Of a stretch of DNA of 64,000 nucleotides, positions 1 to 7,766 are shown piece by piece (the stretch's first letter is position 1; the number at the start of each line of letters is the position of its first letter). The stretch lies in IMG/VR virus record IMGVR_UViG_3300007734_000758, one strand, 5' to 3'. The stretch comes from a virus. Below the pieces are notes generated by a model. The model was not told the DNA's origin and searched no databases. It worked only from the letters and a program-made list of their open reading frames with translations. Made by a program: the position numbers and the translations under genes.

Positions 1-846
1 TAAAATATCATACGGGACTTTGTTAAATTTGCAGTTATATGTATTTCCTATCTTTCTATTTCTTGCTATAGCAGAAATACATCCTCCAGCCGCGCATGTT
101 TTATTGTTAGGTACACCTAACCTACCAACAAGTTTACATCCACATATCTCACAAGTATAATCATACCTAGGCAACTTATTTACAGGTGCGTGGGTTCTAG
201 CATATTCACCTAACTGCTTGGCAGATTTAGCACCACCCTTCTTACCCCCGTTACTAGAATTAATTAAAAACTGCGGTGAATTTCTATATTGGACCATAGC
301 AGGTGATTTGTTCCACTCATGTGCATTTTTCTGATGAAATTCTCTATGTTCGAAAAATGTCATTGATCCATCTAAATTATCTGGATTGTTATTCCTAGAA
401 TTATAATCTTTATGGTGTATAACTTTACCGTCTTCTTTAATATTATAGTGATCAGCAACCAATCTATGTACTAAAGTATACTTCTCGGTGCTTGGATTAT
501 ATACTGTAGTATAGTGTTTTTTGTATCCACCATTTCCTAAATACAACGGCATTAGAGCTTGACCAGTATTCAAATCTTGAGCCTCTATCCATTCACCGTT
601 TCTAGTTAAAAACTTATGGTCTGGCGTACATTCGATATATTTCCCGTTATCCAAATTAACGCGTACTATCTGAGTATTTAACCTAGTATAACCTGCCCAC
701 TCAATTTCGCCGGGCACGATACTATTTGTATCTGTATCTAATGAATATACATAATTTTGTTTACCCGCATTAAATTCATCAATTAAATCCGAAACGGTTA
801 ATACTCTCCCGTCAATCAACGGAATCATAGTTAGCGGACTGATACA
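1..846 (-). mobile_element. Intein with HNH homing endonuclease in portal gene (partial)
   Basis: After ...QGK the frame reads CISPLTMIPLIDGR (block A), IECTPDHKFLT (block B TxxH), HRLVADHY...IHHKDYNSRNNNPDNL (HNH) and CEICG (Zn ribbon). C-terminal splice site lies beyond the window. Confidence 0.85.
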
Positions 847-1950
847 TTTACCTTGGATGCCCTCATCATACCCTAAGAATGCTTTGGGTATCTTCAGCGC
901 AGCCATCATCTTGTTCCTTAAATATTCTATATCCTCTATCTGACCGTCGCTTGATAATCCAGGCAACGTTTCAATTGAAGTACCACTTTCCGATCCTCGT
1001 ACAGGTAAATAGAAATCCTCTAACATGTTTTGCATGTTGAATTTCAAATTATACTCCCCGGTTTGCGGATCCATATATGGAACTTTCTTTACCTTAGTAA
1101 TAATATTCTGGATATGAGAATCTACCTCAATCGGTGGGATATTACCTACATCTATCTTAAATATACGACGTTCCGGCGCACGCATAATACGTTGCAGTAA
1201 CATCGCATCTTCCATCAGTACTAACTGCTTAAATAATTTACGAGCACCTTCGATCATTGATTTTCCGTACGGTAAGAAATTCGTATCGGATAGCATTCTA
1301 AAGTGTGCTATTTCATAATATTCAAAATGTGTATTCTTTTCATTGGAACTATACACAGAGTTTTTACCGATAAATGTGAAACGTACACTGTACGGATTTT
1401 CAGGATCGTATCCCTCTTGTCTTTCTAATTCATAGGCTGATATGGGCATTACGTTAACAACACCCAATTCTTCATTAATATCTAAATACAGATAAAAATC
1501 TCCGTATTTACACATATTACGAACCCACGGCCATAAATTATACTCGACATTCAATACATCATAAAATAAGTTATGAAGTATCTTTTGAATACGTGCATCC
1601 TCAGTCTTAATCTCTAATACAATATTGTTTTCTGAATATGTAGTAGATTCATCTGCATAAATATCAAGCGCAGATGAAATGATCGGATCTAAGTCCATTG
1701 CTTCATAATCAGTATACAATTGAGTCTTTACCGCATGGAAACTGTAAGCGTTACCAATACCAGTAACTCCCATAGTACGATTTGTATGCAGACCAGCAAA
1801 ACGATCTACGTATGTACTTCCATATGGGTTACCTCCCGCTTGGAGTTTACTCGTATCAGTTACTTTAATCTTATTGGCGCCTACCTTCCGTACTATAACT
1901 TGAGTACTGAATAAACGCCTTAACCTAGCACGTATTGATGTATCTATCAT
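1..1950 (-). CDS. Portal protein (T4 gp20-like), interrupted by an intein; 3' end outside the window
   Basis: Not in the ORF track. Manual translation from ATG at 1948-1950: MIDTSIRARLRRLFSTQVIV...DYEAMDLDPIISSALDIYADEST...ALKIPKAFLGYDEGIQGK. No stop seen in the stretches translated (start, intein junction, last codons). Follows terminase. Confidence 0.9.
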   Translation of the reverse strand, partial: MIDTSIRARLRRLFSTQVIVRKVGANKIKVTDTSKLQAGGNPYGSTYVDRFAGLHTNRTMGVTGIGNAYSFHAVKTQLYTDYEAMDLDPIISSALDIYADESTTYSENNIVLEIKTEDARIQKILHNLFYDVLNVEYNLWPWVRNMCKYGDFYLYLDINEELGVVNVMPISAYELERQEGYDPENPYSVRFTFIGKNSVYSSNEKNTHFEYYEIAHFRMLSDTNFLPYGKSMIEGARKLFKQLVLMEDAMLLQRIMRAPERRIFKIDVGNIPPIEVDSHIQNIITKVKKVPYMDPQTGEYNLKFNMQNMLEDFYLPVRGSESGTSIETLPGLSSDGQIEDIEYLRNKMMAALKIPKAFLGYDEGIQGKCISPLTMIPLIDGRVLTVSDLIDEFNAGKQNYVYSLDTDTNSIVPGEIEWAGYTRLNTQIVRVNLDNGKYIECTPDHKFLTRNGEWIEAQDLNTGQALMPLYLGNGGYKKHYTTVYNPSTEKYTLVHRLVADHYNIKEDGKVIHHKDYNSRNNNPDNLDGSMTFFEHREFHQKNAHEWNKSPAMVQYRNSPQFLINSSNGGKKGGAKSAKQLGEYARTHAPVNKLPRYDYTCEICGCKLVGRLGVPNNKTCAAGGCISAIARNRKIGNTYNCKFNKVPYDIL

Positions 1951-1970
1951 ACCTTATTTATTAATAAATA

Positions 1971-3968
1971 TTACAATAACCATTTTAATGATTCAGAAGA
2001 ACCATCTGGTAGTTTACTTGTCCAGGGAGAATTACTTGGATCATTGACTGTATATATACCGGAATGCTTTCCTATATGTGTTACAGCCTTTAATGTTAGA
2101 TCTAAACCCTGTTGTTTCAATTTTAATGCAGTATCACGTATCCACAATGCAATACATAATGACATAATTAAGTCATCATTATAGCCATGCTGCGCTTCTG
2201 CTCGGTTACCAATCCAAATAAATACTAGCAATTCATCAATTAACCGTTTACTATGTATGATTGGTGCCTTTTCACGGAAATAGGTTTCTAATTTCGCAAT
2301 CATTAGTGGTCTGGTCTTGGATGAGGTAGTGAAGCCAGGAACCATTGCACTCTTATCTTTAAGATCATATCCTTTAGACAAATGAATATTCTCATCCAAA
2401 TAACCATCCTGTCGGTAGCTGTAATAAAGATTTGGGTATCCTTTATCTATTGCTACCTGTATAACTGCCCAACCAATATTAGCATTTTCAATCGCCAATA
2501 TTGCATTGTTATATTCCGTAGCCATTGATACTAACATGTGACCGTATTCAGTCGTTCCTATCTTTCCTCTAAATTCAGCTACCTGTCGTAAACTCTTTAA
2601 TTCAATAATATGGAATGCTGAATAGTCCCCGCCATCACCGCGGGCAACGTCGGCCGCTACTATATAATCTTTTGTATAATCCGGGTACTCCCATAGCCAC
2701 AATTCACCACCCATTCCACGTTTTTCTATAGGTTCCTGTGTATAGGTTTCTCGATACCATTCTATCAATTCACCTGCAACTACGGTGTGTCCGGATGAAA
2801 TGAAGTCGGTGTCGCAGTTGTGACTTAATAACCCGTTAGTAAAATATACATTGCCATTAGCAACATCAACCAAATCAAATAAGTCGATCGGTTCCGTTAT
2901 TGTTTCAATTTCCAATATGCACAACTTACCATGCGTTGATTCAATTGCATCTCCTACATGTAAAGTATCTGCATATACCTCAGAACCTTCGATAATAAAT
3001 CTATGATTTTTGGAGCATTCTAAGTCTATTCCGCCTTCAAGTAAAATACGCAACCTGTCGGATTTCTGTACTCGGCGGATGCCGGTAAAAAATTGATAAC
3101 CGTTTGGAGTTAAAACACTATATTTGGTATTTTTATTCTCTTCTGCAAGTCGTTCATATAATTCGTTTATAGTAATTTCTTCCTCGTCACCAGTTATATT
3201 ATTTACTATATTCACCAAACTATTGCCGGAAACACACTCCTGTGCCGCCAATCTTTCACCTAATAATTCAGTTTGAAGCTGACGCCAACTCTCATCCCTT
3301 TCCGGATGCAGTGACCAATGTAAACGTATTGGATGGAACTGTCCGCCGGATTCGGCATCTACCCATGTCCTATGGAAGAAGTTACCAGTACCGTTCGGTG
3401 TACTCAGTACAATTGCACCACCACCCGTCGCTAATGTTTGTTGTGCTGCTGCCCATATCTCATCAATCTTTGTGATAAAGGCAGCCTCATCGATTATAAG
3501 AAGTGAGAGTGCTTCAGAACGACCCGAATGACCTGCACTAGAAACGGCCTTTATTTGTGAGCCGTTCTTAAACTTAAGCGATAATTTGTTATCTTCAATA
3601 GTAATACCACGTAACCAGGTAGGTAGGTTTTCGTGCATTACTCTCACTTTAGTTACTAAGTTTTTTGCTACCTCTTGTGTAGTGGCGATTACTAATACGT
3701 TGAAATCATTCTTGAATAACATGCACCAAAGTGAATATCCAGCAACTAGGGTAGAGATACCCATTTGCCTTGATTTCAGAATGACATTGTAACGATTATC
3801 TGCTAATTCTTGTAGTGTGTTCTCTTGGAAGTTATATAACTGGAAGAATACCTTTCCTTTGGTAGGGTGTTGGATAATACAATACTTTTTCATGAAATAT
3901 ACCGGATTAACGGCACACTTCATGTATTCTTCAGCAATAATTTGTTTTAGCGATTTGTTCTCAGCCAT
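1971..3968 (-). CDS. terL: Terminase large subunit (T4 gp17-like) with mini-intein
   Basis: KSRQMGIST Walker A, IIDEAAF Walker B, STPNG coupling motif, ADVARG and HGYNDD nuclease motifs. Confidence 0.95.
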   Translation of the reverse strand: MAENKSLKQIIAEEYMKCAVNPVYFMKKYCIIQHPTKGKVFFQLYNFQENTLQELADNRYNVILKSRQMGISTLVAGYSLWCMLFKNDFNVLVIATTQEVAKNLVTKVRVMHENLPTWLRGITIEDNKLSLKFKNGSQIKAVSSAGHSGRSEALSLLIIDEAAFITKIDEIWAAAQQTLATGGGAIVLSTPNGTGNFFHRTWVDAESGGQFHPIRLHWSLHPERDESWRQLQTELLGERLAAQECVSGNSLVNIVNNITGDEEEITINELYERLAEENKNTKYSVLTPNGYQFFTGIRRVQKSDRLRILLEGGIDLECSKNHRFIIEGSEVYADTLHVGDAIESTHGKLCILEIETITEPIDLFDLVDVANGNVYFTNGLLSHNCDTDFISSGHTVVAGELIEWYRETYTQEPIEKRGMGGELWLWEYPDYTKDYIVAADVARGDGGDYSAFHIIELKSLRQVAEFRGKIGTTEYGHMLVSMATEYNNAILAIENANIGWAVIQVAIDKGYPNLYYSYRQDGYLDENIHLSKGYDLKDKSAMVPGFTTSSKTRPLMIAKLETYFREKAPIIHSKRLIDELLVFIWIGNRAEAQHGYNDDLIMSLCIALWIRDTALKLKQQGLDLTLKAVTHIGKHSGIYTVNDPSNSPWTSKLPDGSSESLKWLL
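2817..3236 (-). mobile_element. Mini-intein (140 aa, no endonuclease) in TerL
   Basis: AQE/CVSGNSLV ... ECSKNHRF ... YFTNGLLSHN/CDTDF. Removal restores AQECDTDF. Confidence 0.92.
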
Positions 3969-3989
3969 ATAACCATTCGCAATATAAGA

Positions 3990-4373
3990 TTAATCTTCCA
4001 TACTTCCAAGAAGCTGCTTCTCTAATCTATCGCGATGTTTTTGCAATTTCATACGGTCTGCTACATATTCTTCTTTATTGATAGTACCCGCTTTGAATTT
4101 CTTAAATAACATATCCATACCACGCTGAACTTTCAATAATTGATCATTCAATTTGTTATATGAAGTATCAAAGCCACCCTCTTGATCCCAGTCTAATGAA
4201 TCGTCTTCATCGGTAGCTTCTTCTACCTTTTTACTGACAACATCGCGACGGTTTTTGAGATATTCGTCTGATGCATCAACATCGCCATCATTGTCGATGT
4301 CTGCGTCTTCTTTTCCTACTGGATCTAAAGCTTCTAAAACTTTTAGACCTAACATTGATTTTAACTTAATCAT
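3990..4373 (-). CDS. Hypothetical virion protein with a DxDxDG Ca-binding-like loop
   Basis: DADIDNDGDVDASD; start MIKLKS lies 5 nt after the late-promoter motif. Confidence 0.6.
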   Translation of the reverse strand: MIKLKSMLGLKVLEALDPVGKEDADIDNDGDVDASDEYLKNRRDVVSKKVEEATDEDDSLDWDQEGGFDTSYNKLNDQLLKVQRGMDMLFKKFKAGTINKEEYVADRMKLQKHRDRLEKQLLGSMED

Positions 4374-4385
4374 ATACAATAAATA

Positions 4386-5033
4386 TTAGGCAGTTTCATT
4401 TTCCTGAATGCCATAATATTGTAATATACGATTCCTGAAGTCTGCATAATCAGCACGGAGTTGTGCCTCTTGTTCCTCTACATTAGATCCTAAGTCCCAC
4501 TTTTCAAGTGTACCGTCTGCATTGACATATGAAGGATCTTTTTTAATGTTAGCAATCATGTCTTCAAATTCCTGGTCAGTATCACGTATCCAGGCCTTAA
4601 CATTCTCTTGCATCTTTTGCATTTGAAAATCGCCGAATTTGCCTTCATACATGAGTTTCGTATCACGCTTAGCAACACAGTCAATACACATCTTATACAA
4701 TGACCACATCCTAGTGTCTGCAACCCCACTCATGTTTTTATCACAGTGTGGACAGTGGCTTGGCATCTGCATATCTGAAAACAATTCCGGACTCTCGTGC
4801 CGTATTGCTTCCATTACACCGATTTTACGCTTGAATCCCTTTTCTTGTTTCCAATGCGTTTCTTCACCGGTCACCGGATCTGTTTCAGTCCAGACATCTC
4901 CCGTTTTTCTAGAAATTACGTTTGGGTCGTTTTCCGATTTTGTATCGGACATGAAAAAACTCTTCTTAGTTTGAGTTCTATGCGTGCCATCTAGCATCTG
5001 ACGCAACGCTTCAGTATTACGTAACCTTGTCAT
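4386..5033 (-). CDS. Hypothetical protein with Zn-finger (CPHC...CIDC)
   Basis: 215-aa ORF, tightly packed, two CxxC pairs. Confidence 0.6.
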   Translation of the reverse strand: MTRLRNTEALRQMLDGTHRTQTKKSFFMSDTKSENDPNVISRKTGDVWTETDPVTGEETHWKQEKGFKRKIGVMEAIRHESPELFSDMQMPSHCPHCDKNMSGVADTRMWSLYKMCIDCVAKRDTKLMYEGKFGDFQMQKMQENVKAWIRDTDQEFEDMIANIKKDPSYVNADGTLEKWDLGSNVEEQEAQLRADYADFRNRILQYYGIQENETA

Positions 5034-5039
5034 ATTATT

Positions 5040-5360
5040 TTATTGATTTCTTAATTTTTCGCGTAATTTGTAGATTAATTCGCGAGTCACTAATTTCGAT
5101 TTAACATCGCCAGTCTTTTCATCCATAATATCAATCATTGTCATAATGATATCAGCCATATCTTTAGCGGGCCTTGAAGGTAAACGGCGAACTAATTGTT
5201 TAATCTGTGACAGTGAACCAATCTTTTCAACCTGCTTTTCTACAGGAGATTTAGCTTTCATAGGTTCACCTGGAGTGAGATCACCACGGACAGGCAATGC
5301 TTCCTGCAATGCTGCTTCAATCTCTTCTCTAATTATTTGTTCTAAGTCTGATCGTTTCAT
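5040..5360 (-). CDS. Hypothetical (putative head-internal) protein
   Basis: LEQIIREEIEAALQE N-terminus; late motif at 5377-5384. Confidence 0.55.
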   Translation of the reverse strand: MKRSDLEQIIREEIEAALQEALPVRGDLTPGEPMKAKSPVEKQVEKIGSLSQIKQLVRRLPSRPAKDMADIIMTMIDIMDEKTGDVKSKLVTRELIYKLREKLRNQ

Positions 5361-5383
5361 TCTATTATTCTTTTATATAAATA

Positions 5384-7177
5384 TTACCTAATATACTTTA
5401 ACATACCTAAAATTTGATTTGCAGGAGCAAATGCGCCTGTCAATTTATATGTATCGCCTTTATATGTAAATACTATTCCCTCTAACGGAACTAATTTATC
5501 TAAACCACCTAACTTATTGATACGTTTCAATTGGTCACGTAATTTATCTAAGATAGCGATATCCCCTGATGCTTGTATCTGCTTTATAGTATCTGCTATA
5601 CCTTTACGCATTTCTTTTACCGCATCATTAGGTACGGCTGAAAGCACATCAGATATATTACTCAATACCTCAGCACCCAACTCTAAAAATATATCTTCAA
5701 ATTGACCCACATTACGTTTCATCTGATTTTCTGCAAATTCTTTATCTACCTGCTTCATATCATTCAACTCATCTGTATCAGAAGTAATATTTTTGTCTAA
5801 TCTGAATGACCTGTCTCCACGTGACCAACGGGAAATTAATGCTTCTTTACTTTCCTGGGAAATATCTGGGTAATTTTTATCGATATAATCGTCCCACCAT
5901 CTATCGCTCCACTCAATAACCTCATCATTATCAGTCAATCCATATACCTTTTGTAACTTGTCTATCTTATTTAAGTAATAGGGTAAACGTTTATCGAAAG
6001 ATTTGGATTTTTCTATCTGTACTACTTTGGGAGGAATTATCTTAAACTGCTTTTGTGTGTCTGCATTTACCTTTGCAATCATACGCTGTAACTTCTTTCC
6101 GTATTCTGGATAGGTATCGACTACTTTTCCCGTTTCATCATACTCAACCAATCCGTGAAACTGTAAATATGCATCTGTACCATAATTGATAATATTCTTA
6201 GTTTCAGGAAAAATGATTTCTAAATTCATGAACCGTTTTCCGTTCTGGAATATCTCATCCAATTCCCTTTTCGGCAAACGATTTAATGCAGATTCTAAAT
6301 CATCCATTGCAAATCCAAAAGCACGTTCAATTGAACCACGTCCTGCAAATTTCATCTTTATATCATCAGCACTTATTGGATCTTTTATTTGTGTTTTGTT
6401 TCTTGCTGCTAGTACCTGACCGTCCTTAAATGTAATCTGCAGGTTCTGTCCATCAGTCTTTTCAACTACATCCTTCTCAATATTCAATTCACCTGCCAAG
6501 GCTCTACGTATCATCTCCTTCATATCACCGAAGGTTAAGTCGTTCTTATCAAACGGGTGATTGAGATGGCCGGCGGCGCCACCCTCCATTATGGATTCAC
6601 GGACAGAGAACTTATCGGCTAACATATTCGCTATACCCGAATCATACCATCCCATTATTTGTTTGAATTGCTTAGGAGAAGCAGTCGCTAATACATTACG
6701 CAACTCAGTACCACTCATCTCTCCATATCCTGGTATAGCAATACTAACGTGTGGAAGTACATATAGATACCCATGTTCCTGATAACCTTTAAGATTATTC
6801 TCATTTCCCTTTAACGGTTGAAAATAACTCGATTTACCGGATTTCAACATTCCGGTACGGAATCTAGGATCTTCACGCATATCCTTATCACCGACTGCAA
6901 ATACCACTGAAGTATCTTCAGGAAATGTAGCAGTTAATTCTTCTGCTTTATACGGATTCTTTACCTGGATAAATCGATTTGAGGGGATACCGTGTGCTAC
7001 GGCTACTTTACGTTTCTCTGCAAATGTTAATGGAGAACGTCCCGGTTCAACTTTACCGGAAGTTACAACATATACGTTATTTTTACCAAACTGATCGACT
7101 AAATCAAGATATGAGTTATAATGATGTCGACCCATTGGCTGGAATCGACCTGGGTATATTGCTACTATTCGGGGCAT
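5384..7177 (-). CDS. Cytidyltransferase-like (HIGH-superfamily) domain fused to a second phage domain (DUF6267-like)
   Basis: N-terminal YPGRFQPMGRHH and MSGTELR; second domain begins EGGAAGHLNHPFD and contains EKTDGQN and EGIVF. Confidence 0.7.
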   Translation of the reverse strand: MPRIVAIYPGRFQPMGRHHYNSYLDLVDQFGKNNVYVVTSGKVEPGRSPLTFAEKRKVAVAHGIPSNRFIQVKNPYKAEELTATFPEDTSVVFAVGDKDMREDPRFRTGMLKSGKSSYFQPLKGNENNLKGYQEHGYLYVLPHVSIAIPGYGEMSGTELRNVLATASPKQFKQIMGWYDSGIANMLADKFSVRESIMEGGAAGHLNHPFDKNDLTFGDMKEMIRRALAGELNIEKDVVEKTDGQNLQITFKDGQVLAARNKTQIKDPISADDIKMKFAGRGSIERAFGFAMDDLESALNRLPKRELDEIFQNGKRFMNLEIIFPETKNIINYGTDAYLQFHGLVEYDETGKVVDTYPEYGKKLQRMIAKVNADTQKQFKIIPPKVVQIEKSKSFDKRLPYYLNKIDKLQKVYGLTDNDEVIEWSDRWWDDYIDKNYPDISQESKEALISRWSRGDRSFRLDKNITSDTDELNDMKQVDKEFAENQMKRNVGQFEDIFLELGAEVLSNISDVLSAVPNDAVKEMRKGIADTIKQIQASGDIAILDKLRDQLKRINKLGGLDKLVPLEGIVFTYKGDTYKLTGAFAPANQILGMLKYIR

Positions 7178-7182
7178 ATACT

Positions 7183-7190
7183 ATAAATAT
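7183..7190 (-). promoter_or_regulatory. Putative late promoter ATA(T/A)TTAT (representative copy)
   Basis: 8-mer starting (+ coordinates) at 1964, 4379, 5377, 7183, 7760, 12883, 13563, 15482, 18415, 18522, 23325, 31442, 36281 (variant), 37412, 40263, 41642, 47392, 48476, 53176 and 55309, each just upstream of a start codon. Confidence 0.8.
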
Positions 7191-7519
7191 TACGTGATTT
7201 CTAAATACGATAATAAGGTATCGAATGAAGCCGAGAATGTAGTAGAAATCTTTATAGAATCGCCAGTCTGTAATACTAGGGTATCTGAGATAGGTTGGAA
7301 GGTTGATTGTAATGGTATAGATGCACTTTCAATTAAGAAGTAGTCCGTAGGGGAACCGCTTTTGTTTATCACTACATCCGTATATACCATACTACTAGTG
7401 GTCACGTTTGAAATATATAAGCTCTTAAGTAATGTAGTAGTACTTATCGGTGCCGTATATAGTGTAGTCGCTCCTACACTAATAATTTTATTTGCTGATA
7501 ATTTATATGTATTTGGCAT
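7190..7519 (-). CDS. Small tail-fibre-associated beta protein
   Basis: S/T-rich beta pattern (TTLYTAP...LVLQTGDSI), adjacent to fibre genes. Confidence 0.55.
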   Translation of the reverse strand: MPNTYKLSANKIISVGATTLYTAPISTTTLLKSLYISNVTTSSMVYTDVVINKSGSPTDYFLIESASIPLQSTFQPISDTLVLQTGDSIKISTTFSASFDTLLSYLEIT

Positions 7520-7523
7520 ATTG

Positions 7524-7754
7524 TTAACCTTCTATAGTTTCGGTGTAGTTGTTAGGATTCGGATCTGGCAATGGGATATTGAAAAATATACGGGCTTCCT
7601 CTTCGGAATCAAACCAATACCAGCCGTCTACTGGATATGTATAGGTGTTACGTTCTTCCCTAAATAATCTAAAAGCATCGTATGCTCCGTAAACAAAGTT
7701 ATGTCCACAGAACAATTCATCATTTATATATTTATAAAAACCTGCTGTATTCAT
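7524..7754 (-). CDS. Small tail-fibre accessory protein
   Basis: YTYPVDGWYWFDSEEEAR; directly follows the fibre gene; own late motif. Confidence 0.55.
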   Translation of the reverse strand: MNTAGFYKYINDELFCGHNFVYGAYDAFRLFREERNTYTYPVDGWYWFDSEEEARIFFNIPLPDPNPNNYTETIEG

Positions 7755-7766
7755 ATACTATAAATA

